Part shown: positions 54,855 to 64,000 of the stretch, piece after piece
Layout of the letters: each line of letters opens with the position of its first letter
Position numbering within the stretch: position 1 is the stretch's first letter
NCBI GenBank assembly: GCA_964016885.1
Contig: OZ024741.1
Coordinates: forward strand, 255,502,001-255,566,000
Source of the DNA: Eledone cirrhosa
Taxonomy: Eukaryota
Length of the DNA: 64,000 nt
Reading direction: 5' to 3'
Program-made: the position numbers and the translations under genes
The notes under the pieces: generated by a model
Told to the model about the DNA's origin: nothing
The model's database searches: none
What the model saw: only the letters and a program-made list of their open reading frames with translations

Positions 54855-55523
54855 GTTTCGCTTTACGAGTGTTTCGACTTACGAGTGTTTCGACATACGA
54901 GTGTTTCGACTTACGAATGTTTTTGCTTACGGGTGTTTCGACTTACGAATGTTTTTGCTTACGAGTGTTTCGGTTTACGAGTGTTCCGACTTACGAGTGT
55001 TCCGACTTACGAGTGTTTCGGCTTACGAGTGTTTCCGGCTTACGAGTGTTTCAACTTACGAGTGTTCTGTCTTACGAGTGTTCTGATTTACGAATGTTTC
55101 GACACACGAGTGTTTCGACTTACGAGTGTTTTGACTTACGAGTGTTCTGACTTACGAGTGTTCTTACTTACGAGTGTTCCGACTTACGAGTGTTCCGACT
55201 TACGAGTGTTTCGGCTTACGAGTGTTTCGGCTTACGAGTGTTTCGACTTACGAATGTTTCGACTTACGAGTGTTCCGACTTACGGGTGTTTCGACTTACG
55301 AGTGTTTTGGCTTACGGTGTTTCGGCTTACGAGTGTTTCGAGTTACGAGTGTTTTGACTTACACGTGTTTTGACATACGAGTGTTTCGATACGAGTGTTC
55401 TGACTTACGAGTGTTCTGACTTACGAGTGTTCTGACTTACGAGTGTTCTGACTTACGAGTGTTCCGACTTTACGAGTGTTTCGGCTCACGAGTGTTTCGG
55501 CTTACGAGTGTTTCGACTTACGA

Positions 55524-55592
55524 AAATAACAAATAGACGCGGTTTCAAATCTCTATGCTTTTCAAATTCATTACATTAATCTTTATTTATAC
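55524..55592 (+). repeat. 69-bp AT-rich interspersed segment
   Basis: Matches the reference copy. Confidence 0.95.
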
Positions 55593-57956
55593 GTTTCGCT
55601 TTACGAGTGTTTCGACTTACGAGTGTTTCGACATACGAGTGTTTCGGCTTACGAGTGTTTTGATTTACGAGTGTTTTGACTTACGGGTGCTTCGACTTAC
55701 GCGTGTTTCGACTTACGAGTGTTTCGTCTTACGAGTGTTTCGACTTACGAGTGTTTCGGCTTACGAGTGTTTTGACTTACGAATGTTTTGACTTACGATT
55801 GTTTCTGCTTACGAGTGTTTCGACTTACGAGTGTTCTGACTACGAGTGTTCTGACTTACGGGTGTTCTGACTTACGAGTGTTCCGACTTACGAGTGTTTC
55901 GGCTTATGAGTGTTTCGACTTACGAGTGCTTCGACTTACGAGTGTTTCGGCTTACGGGTGTTTCGACTTACGAATGTTTTTGCTTACGAGTGTTTCGGCT
56001 TACGAGTGTTTCGGCTTATGAGTGTTTCGACTTACGAGTGTTTTGACTTACGGGTGTTTTGACATACGAGTGTTTCGATACGATTGTTCTGACTTACGAG
56101 TGTTTCCGCTTACGAGTGTTTCGGCTTACGAGTGTTTCGACTTACTAATGTTTTTACTTACGAGTGTTTCGGTGTACGAGTGTTTCGACTTAAGGATGTT
56201 TCGACTTACGAGTGTTTCGACTTACGAGTGTTTCGACTTACGAGTGTTTCGACTTACGAGTGTTTTGGCTTACGAATGTTTTGACTTACGGGTGTTTCGA
56301 CTTACGAGTGTTTCGGCTTATGAGTGTTTCGACTTACGGGCGTTTCGACTTACGGGTGTTTCGACTTACGAGTGTTTTGGCTTACGAATGTTTTGACTTA
56401 CGGGTGTTTCGACTTACGAGTGTTTCGACTTATGAGTGTTTGGACTTACGAGTGTTTCGGCTTATGAGTGTTTCGACTTACGAGTGCTTCGGCTTACGAG
56501 TGTTTCGACTGACGAGTATTTCGGCTTACGAGTGTTTCGACGTACGAATGTTTTGGCTTACGAGTGTTTCGGCTTATGAGTGTTTCGGCTTACGAGTGTT
56601 TCGACTTACGAGGGTTTCGGCTTACGAGTGTTTCAGTGTTTCGGCTTACGTGTGTTTCGACTTACGAGTGTTTCGACTTACGACTGTTTCGGCTTACGAG
56701 TGTTTCGGCTTACGAGTGTTTTGAATTACGATTGTTTGGCTTACGAGTGTTCTGACTTACGGGTGTTCTGACTTACGAGGGTTCCAACTTACGAGTGTTT
56801 CGGCTTATGAGGGTTTCGACTTACGAGTGCTTCGGCTTACGAGTGTTTCGACTTACGAGTATTTCGGCTTACGAGTGTTTCGACTTACGAGTGTTTTGAC
56901 TTACGGTGTTTCGGCTTACGAGTGTTTCGACATACGAGTGTTTTGACGTACGGGTGTTTCGACTTACGGGTCTTTCGACTTAAGAGTGTTTCGACTTACG
57001 AGCGCTTCGACTTACGAGTGTTTCGACTTACGAGTGTTTCGGCGTATGAGTGTTTTGACTTACGAGTGTTTCGACTTACGAGTGTTTCGACTTACGAGTG
57101 TTTCGAATTACGAGTGTTTCGACTTACGAGTGTTTTGACTTACGAGTGTTTTGACTTACGGTGTTTCTGCTTACGAGTGTTTCGACTTACGAGTGTTATG
57201 ACTTACGGGTGTTTTGACATACGAGTGTTTCGACTTACGAGTGTTTTGACTTACGGTGTTTCTGCTTACGAGTGTTTCGACTTACGAGTGTTTTGACTTA
57301 CGAGTGTTCTGATTTACGGATGTTTCGACATACGAGTGTTTCGACTTACGAATGTTTCGACTTATGAGTGTTTCGACTTACGAGTGTTTCGGCTTACGAG
57401 TGTTTCGACTTACGAGTGTTTTGACTTACGGTGTTTCGGCTTACGAGTGTTTCGACTTACGAGTGTTTTGACTTACGGGTGTTTTGACATACGAGTGTTT
57501 CGATACGAGTGTTCTGACTTACGAGTGTTTTGACTTACGAGTGTTCTGACTTACGAGTGTTCCGACTTACGAGTGTTCCGACTTACGAGTGTTTCGGCTT
57601 ACGAGTGTTTCCGGCTTACGAGTGTTTCGACTTCCGAGTGTTTTGACTTACGGTGTTTCGGCTTACGAGTGATTCGACTTACGAGTGTTTTGACTTACGA
57701 GTGTTTCGACTTACGAGTGTTCCGACTTACGGGTGTTTCGACTTACGAGTGTTTTGGCTTACGGTGTTTCGACTTACGAGTGTTTCGAGTTAAGAGTGTT
57801 TTGACTTACGAGTGTTCTGATTTACGAGTGTTCTGACTTACGAGTGTTCTGACTTACGAGTGTTCTGACTTACGAGTGTTCTGACTTACGAGTGTTCCGA
57901 CTTTACGAGTGTTTCGGCTCACGAATGTTTCGGCTTACGAGTGTTTCGACTTACGA

Positions 57957-58025
57957 AAATAACAAATAGACGCGGTTTCAAATCTCTATGCTTTTCAAAT
58001 TCATTACATTAATCTTTATTTATAC
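57957..58025 (+). repeat. 69-bp AT-rich interspersed segment
   Basis: Matches the reference copy; equals 41939 + 16,018. Confidence 0.95.
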
Positions 58026-60293
58026 GTTTCGCTTTACGAGTGTTTCGACTTACGAGTGTTTCGACTTCCGAGTGTTTTGACTTACGGTGTTTCGGCTTAC
58101 GAGTGTTTCTGGCTTACGAGTGTTTCGACTTACGAGTGTTTCGACTTACGAGTGTTCCGACTTACGGGTGTTTTGACATACGAGTGTTTCGATACGAGTG
58201 TTCTGACTTACGAGTGTTTTGACTTACGAGTGTTCTGACTTACGAGTGTTCCGACTTACGAGTGTTCCGACTTACGAGTGTTTCGGCTTACGAGTGATTC
58301 GACTTACGAGTGTTTTGACTTACGGGTGATTTGACTTACTGGTGTTGTGAATTTCGAGTGTTCCGATTTACGAGTGTTTTGACTTACGGTGTTTCGGCTT
58401 ACGAGTGATTCGACTTACGAATGTTTTGACTTACGGGTGTTTCGGCTTGCGAGTGTTTCGACTTACGAGTGTTTCGGCTTATGGGTGTTTCGACTTACTA
58501 ATGTTTTTACTTACGAGTGTTTCGGCGTACGAGTGTTTTGACTTACGAGTGTTTCGACTTACGAGTGTTTCGACTTACGAGTGTTTCGACTTACGAGTGT
58601 TTCGGCTTACGTGAGTTTCGACTTAAGAGTGTTCTGATTTACGAGTGTTCTGACTTGCGGGTGTTCTGATTTACGAGTGTTCCGACTTACGAGTGTTTCG
58701 GCTTATTAGTGTTTCGACTTACGAGTGTTTCGGCTTACGAGTGTTTCGACTTATGGGTGTTTCGACTTACGAGTGTTTTTACTTACGGTGTTTCGGCTTA
58801 CGAGTGTTTCGACATACGAGTGTTTTGACTTACGGGTGTTTCGACTTACGAGTGTTTTGACTTACGAATGTTTTGACTTACGGGTGTTTCGGCTTACGAG
58901 TGTTTCGACTTACGATTGTTTCGACTTACGAGTCTTTCGGCTTACGAGTGTTTCGACTTACTAATGTTCTTACGAGTGTTTCGGCGTACGAGAGTTTTGA
59001 CTTACGAGTGTTTCGACTGACGAGTGTTTCGACTTACGAGTGTTTTGACTTACGAATGTTTTGACTTACGGGTGTTTCGGCTGACGATTGTTTCGACTTA
59101 CGAGTCTTTCGGCTTACGAGTGTTTCGACTTACTAATGTTTTTACTTACGACTGTTTCGGCGTACGAGTGTTTCGACTTACGAGTGTTTCGACTTACGGG
59201 TGTTTTGACTTACGGGTGTTTCGGCTTACGAGTGTTTTGACTTACGAGTGTTTTGACTTAAGGGTGTTTCGACTTACGAGTATTTTTGGCTTACGAGTGT
59301 TTCGACTTACGAGTGTTTTGACTTACGAGTGTTCTGATTTACGGATGTTTCGACATACGAGTGTTTCGACTTACGAGTGTTTCGACTTATGAGTGTTTCG
59401 ACTTACGAGTGTTTCGGCTTATGAGTGTTTCGACTTACGATTGCTTCGGCTTACGAGTGTTTCGACTTACGAGTATTTCGGCTTACGAGTGTTTCGACGT
59501 ACGAATGTTTTGGCTTACGAGTGTTTCGGCTTATGAGTGTTTCGGCTTACGAGTGTTTCGACTTACGAGTGTTTCGGCTTACGAGTGTTTCAGTGTTTCG
59601 GCTTACGTGTGTTTCGACTTACGAGTGTTTCGACTTACGAGTGTTTTGACTTACGAGTGTTCTGATTTACGGATGTTTCGACATACGAGTGTTTCGACTT
59701 ACGAGTGTTTCGACTTATGAGTGTTTCGACTTACGAGTGTTTCGACTTACGAGTGTTTCGGCTTGTGATTGTTTCGACTTACGAGTGTTTTGACTTACGG
59801 TGTTTCAGCTTACGAGTGTTTCGACTTACGAGTGTTCTGACTTACGAGTGTTCTGAGTTACGAGTGTTTTGACTTACGAGTGTTCTGACTTACGAGTGTT
59901 CCGACTTACGAGTGTTCCGACTTACGAGTGTTTCGGCTTACGAGTGTTTTGACTTAAGGGTGTTTCGACTTACGAGTGTTTCGATACGAGTGTTTCGACT
60001 TACGAGTGTTTCGGCTTACGAGTGTTTCGACTTACGAGTGTTTCGACTTACGAGTGTTCCGACTTACGGGTGTTTCGACTTACGAGTGTATTGGCTTACG
60101 GTGTTTCGACTTACGAGTGTTTCGAGTTAAGAGTGTTTTGACATACGAGTGTTCTGATTTACGAGTGTTCTGACTTACGAGTGTTCTGACTTACGAGTGT
60201 TCTGACTTACGAGTGTTCTGACTTACGAGTGTTCCGACTTTACGAGTGTTTCGGCTCACGAGTGTTTCGGCTTACGAGTGTTTCGACTTACGA

Positions 60294-60621
60294 AAATAAC
60301 AAATAGACGCGGTTTCAAATCTCTATGCTTTTCAAATTCATTACATTAATCTTTATTTATACGTTTCGCTTTACGAGTGTTTCGACTTACGAGTGTTTCG
60401 ACATACGAGTGTTTCGGCTTACGAGTGTTTTGATTTACGAGTGTTTTGACTTACGGGTGCTTCGACTTACGCGTGTTTCGACTTACGAGTGTTTCGACTT
60501 ACGAGTGTTTCGACTTACGAGTGTTTCGGCTTACGAGTGTTTCGACTTACGAAAATAACAAATAGACGCGGTTTCAAATCTCTATGCTTTTCCAATTCAT
60601 TACATTAATCTTTATTTATAC
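60294..60621 (+). repeat. Doublet of 69-bp segments (60294-60362 and 60553-60621)
   Basis: 259-bp spacing, CCAATTC second copy; equals 44276 + 16,018. Confidence 0.95.
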
Positions 60622-63600
60622 GTTTCGCTTTACGAGTGTTTCGACTTACGAGTGTTTTGACTTACGAATGTTTTGACTTACGATTGTTTCGGCTTACGAG
60701 TGTTTCGACTTACGAGTGTTCTGACTACGAGTGTTCTGACTTACGGGTGTTCTGACTTACGAGTGTTCCGACTTACGAGTGTTTCGGCTTATGAGTGTTT
60801 CGACTTACGAGTGCTTCGACTTACGAGTGTTTCGGCTTACGGGTGTTTTGACTTACGAATGTTTTTGCTTACGAGTGTTTCGGCTTACGAGTGTTTCGGC
60901 TTATGAGTGTTTCGACTTACGAGTGTTTTGACTTACGGGTGTTTTGACATACGAGTGTTTCGATACGATTGTTCTGACTTACGAGTGTTTCCGCTTACGA
61001 GTGTTTCGGCTTACGAGTGTTTCGACTTACTAATGTTTTTACTTACGAGTGTTTCGGTGTACGAGTGTTTCGACTTAAGGATGTTTCGACTTACGAGTGT
61101 TTCGACTTACGAGTGTTTCGACTTACGAGTGTTTCGACTTACGAGTGTTTCGGCTTATGAGTGTTTCGACTTACGGGCGTTTCGACTTACGGGTGTTTCG
61201 ACTTACGAGTGTTTTGGCTTACGAATGTTTTGACTTACGGGTGTTTCGACTTACGAGTGTTTCGACTTATGAGTGTTTGGACTTACGAGTGTTTCGGCTT
61301 ATGAGTGTTTCGACTTACGAGTGCTTCGGCTTACGAGTGTTTCGACTGACGAGTATTTCGGCTTACGAGTGTTTCGACGTACGAATGTTTTGGCTTACGA
61401 GTGTTTCGGCTTATGAGTGTTTCGGCTTACGAGTGTTTCGACTTACGAGGGTTTCGGCTTACGAGTGTTTCAGTGTTTCGGCTTACGTGTGTTTCGACTT
61501 ACGAGTGTTTCGACTTACGACTGTTTCGGCTTACGAGTGTTTCGGCTTACGAGTGTTTCGGCTTACGAGTGTTTTGACTTACGATTGTTTGGCTTACGAG
61601 TGTTCTGACTTACGGGTGTTCTGACTTACGAGTGTTCCGACTTACGAGTGTTTCGGCTTATGAGGGTTTCGACTTACGAGTGCTTCGGCTTACGAGTGTT
61701 TCGACTTAAGAGTGTTTCGGCTTACGAGTGTTTCGACTTACGAGTGTTTTGACTTACGGTGTTTCGGCTTACGAGTGTTTCGACATACGAGTGTTTTGAC
61801 GTACGGGTGTTTCGACTTACGGGTCTTTCGACTTAAGAGTTTTTCGACTTACGAGCGCTTCGACTTACGAGTGTTTCGACTTACGAGTGTTTCGGCGTAT
61901 GAGTGTTTTGACTTACGAGTGTTTCGACTTACGAGTGTTTCGACTTACGAGTGTTTCGAATTACGAGTGTTTCGACTTACGAGTGTTTTGACTTACGAGT
62001 GTTTTGACTTACGGTGTTTCTGCTTACGAGTGTTTCGACTTTCGAGTGTTATGACTTACGGGTGTTTTGACATACGAGTGTTTCGACTTACGAGTCTTAC
62101 GGCTTACGAGTGTTTCGACTTACTAATGTTTTTACTTACGAGTGTTTCGGCGTACGAGTGTTTCGACTTCCGAGTGTTTCGACTTACAGGTGTTTTGACT
62201 TACGGGTGTTTCGGCTTACGAGTGTTTTGACTTACGAGTGTTTTGACTTAAGGGTGTTTCGACTTACGAGTATTTTTGGCTTACGAGTGTTTCGACTTAC
62301 GAGTGTTTTGACTTACGAGTGTTCTGATTTACGGATGTTTCGACACACGAGTGTTTCGAATTACGAGTGTTTCGACTTACGAGTGTTTTGACTTACGGGT
62401 GTTTTGACATACGAGTGTTTCGATACGAGTGTTTCGACTTATGAGTGTTTCGACTTACGAGTGTTCTGACTTACGAGTGTTCTGACTTACCAGTGTTCTG
62501 ATTTACGGATGTTTCGACACACGAGTGTTTCGATACGAGTGTTTCGACTTACGAGTGTTTCGACTTATGAGTGTTTCGACTTACGAGTGTTCTGACTTAC
62601 GAGTGTTCTGACTTACGAGTGTTCCGACTTACGAGTGTTTCGGTTTACGAGTGTTTCGACATACGAGTGTTTTGACTTACGGGTGTTTCGACTTACGGGT
62701 GTTTCGACTTACGAGTGTTTTGGCTTACGAGTGTTTCGACTTACTAATGTTTTTACTTACGAGTGTTTCGGTGTACGAATGTTTTGACTTAAGGATGTTT
62801 CGACTTACGAGTGTTTCGACTTACGAGTGTTTCGGCTTACGTGAGTTTCGACTTAAGATTGTTCTGATTTACGAGTGTTCTGACTTACGAGTGTTTCGGC
62901 TTATGAGTGTTTCGACTTACGAGTGTTTCGGCTTACGAGTGTTTCGACTTATGGGTGTTTCGACTTACGAGTGTTTTTACTTACGGTGTTTCGGCTTACG
63001 AGTGTTTCGACATACGAGTGTTTTGACTTACGTGTGTTTCGGCTTACGAGTGTTTCGACTTACGAGTGTTTTGACTTACGGGTGTTTCGACTTACGAGTA
63101 TTTTTGGCTTACGAGTGTTTCGACTTACGGTGTTTCGGCTTACGAGTGTTTCGACTTACGAGTGTTTTGACTTACGGGTGTTTTGACATACGAGTATTTC
63201 GATACGAGTGTTCTGACTTACGAGTGTTCTGACTTACGAGTGTTTTGACTTACGAGTGTTCTGACTTACGAGTGTTCCGACTTACGAGTGTTCCGACTTA
63301 CGAGTGTTTCGGCTTACGAGTGTTTACGGCTTACGAGTGTTTCGACTTCCGAGTGTTTTGACTTACGGTGTTTCGGCTTACGAGTGATTCGACTTACGAG
63401 TGTTTTGACTTACGGGTGATTTGACTTACGGGTGTTGTGAATTACGAGCGTTGCGATTTACTAGTGTTTTGACTTACGGTGTTTCGGCTTACGAGTGATT
63501 CGACTTACGAATGTTTTGACTTACGGCTGTTTCGGCTTGCGAGTGTTTCGACTTACGAGTGTTTCGGCTTATGGGTGTTTCGACTTACTAATGTTTTTAC

Positions 63601-64000
63601 TTACGAGTGTTTCGGCGTACGAGTGTTTTGACTTACGAGTGTTTCGACTTACGAGTGTTTCGACTGACGAGTGTTTCGGCTTACGTGAGTTTCGACTTAA
63701 GAGTGTTCTGATTTACGAGTGTTCTGACTTGCGGGTGTTCTGATTTACGAGTGTTCCGACTTACGAGTGTTTCGGCTTATTAGTGTTTCGACTTACGAGT
63801 GTTTCGGCTTACGAGTGTTTCGACTTATGGGTGTTTCGACTTACGAGTGTTTTTACTTACGGTGTTTCGGCTTACGAGTGTTTCGACATACGAGTGTTTT
63901 GACTTACGGGTGTTTCGACTTACGAGTGTTTTGACTTACGAATGTTTTGACTTACGGGTGTTTCGGCTTACGAGTGTTTCGACTTACGAGTGTTTCGGCT

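Larger units (their letters stand above)
40659..55183 (+). repeat. 14,525-bp higher-order repeat, copy 2 (identity runs on to ~55210)
   Basis: Insert spacings 2337-259-7044-3207 repeat exactly; rare variants are shared (e.g. CTAAC at 27308/41833, GAGCGTTGCG near 32903/47428). Confidence 0.93.
1..64000 (+). repeat. 16-bp tandem satellite array, consensus GACTTACGAGTGTTTC, ~3,900 monomers, running off both window ends
   Basis: The monomer is readable throughout, e.g. 461-500. Common variants are TTTTGAC, TTCGGC, TTCTGAC, TTCCGAC, TACGGG, TATGAG and GACATAC. No inverted copies were seen. The count is estimated as (64000 - about 1,810 bp of insert)/16. Confidence 0.99.
57264..64000 (+). repeat. 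Third, partial copy of the higher-order unit (corresponds to 41246-47982, offset 16,018)
   Basis: 41318/57336, 44307/60325 and 47477/63495 all differ by 16,018; a few point differences are visible (57851, 59152, 62491). Confidence 0.92.

Noticed and set aside
4146-60621. CRISPR-like reading (constant 69-bp repeat with variable spacers, or 16-bp repeats)
   Set aside because: The intervals are 0.19-7 kb of satellite rather than unique 25-50-bp spacers, the 16-mers abut with no spacers, and there are no cas genes or leader.
320-63743. Hundreds of + strand ORFs (60-230 aa) repeating DLRVFRLTSVSTYECF
   Set aside because: A 16-bp period gives a 16-aa repeat in all three frames because the + consensus has no stop codon; stops arise mainly from CGA>TGA variants. 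The - strand has TAA in each monomer, so it has no ORFs. The ORFs overlap in all frames, mostly start at GTG, and are broken by frequent frameshifts.
1-64000. Telomeric repeat (some yeasts have 16-26-bp units)
   Set aside because: There are no G-runs. Extensive inherited variants, kb-scale higher-order structure and embedded cassettes are not compatible with telomerase-templated synthesis.
1-64000. Monomer variants as an information-bearing code or synthetic data-storage sequence
   Set aside because: The variant order is adequately explained by nested duplications plus point mutation and slippage; no fixed-length words or addressing structure were seen.
1-64000. Germline-restricted or programmed-elimination satellite
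   Set aside because: Short satellites are eliminated in some nematodes and other animals, but nothing in this window supports it. A germline-versus-soma coverage comparison would be needed.

Overview
The whole 64 kb window is one head-to-tail, single-orientation tandem satellite array. The consensus monomer is 16 bp, GACTTACGAGTGTTTC (about 44% GC, two CpGs, one TaqI site), present in roughly 3,900 variably diverged copies. I find no credible protein-coding gene, RNA gene, CRISPR array or intact transposon. Every ORF in the track is a translation of the satellite: the + strand monomer has no stop codon in any frame, while the - strand carries TAA. The only non-satellite sequence is a 69-bp AT-rich segment (AAATAACAAATAGACGCGG...CTTTATTTATAC), found 26 times in full plus one partial copy at the window start, always at the same monomer position and in the same orientation. 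This segment and rare monomer variants reveal nested higher-order repeats: 259, 269, ~477 and 1,102 bp; a loose ~4-9 kb cycle; ~9.1 and ~13.1 kb; a seemingly identical 14,525-bp tandem duplication; and a third partial copy offset by 16,018 bp. The architecture looks like eukaryotic heterochromatic, possibly (peri)centromeric, satellite DNA. Species and function cannot be determined from this window. An origin from pogo/Tigger terminal motifs is offered as an unverified hypothesis.
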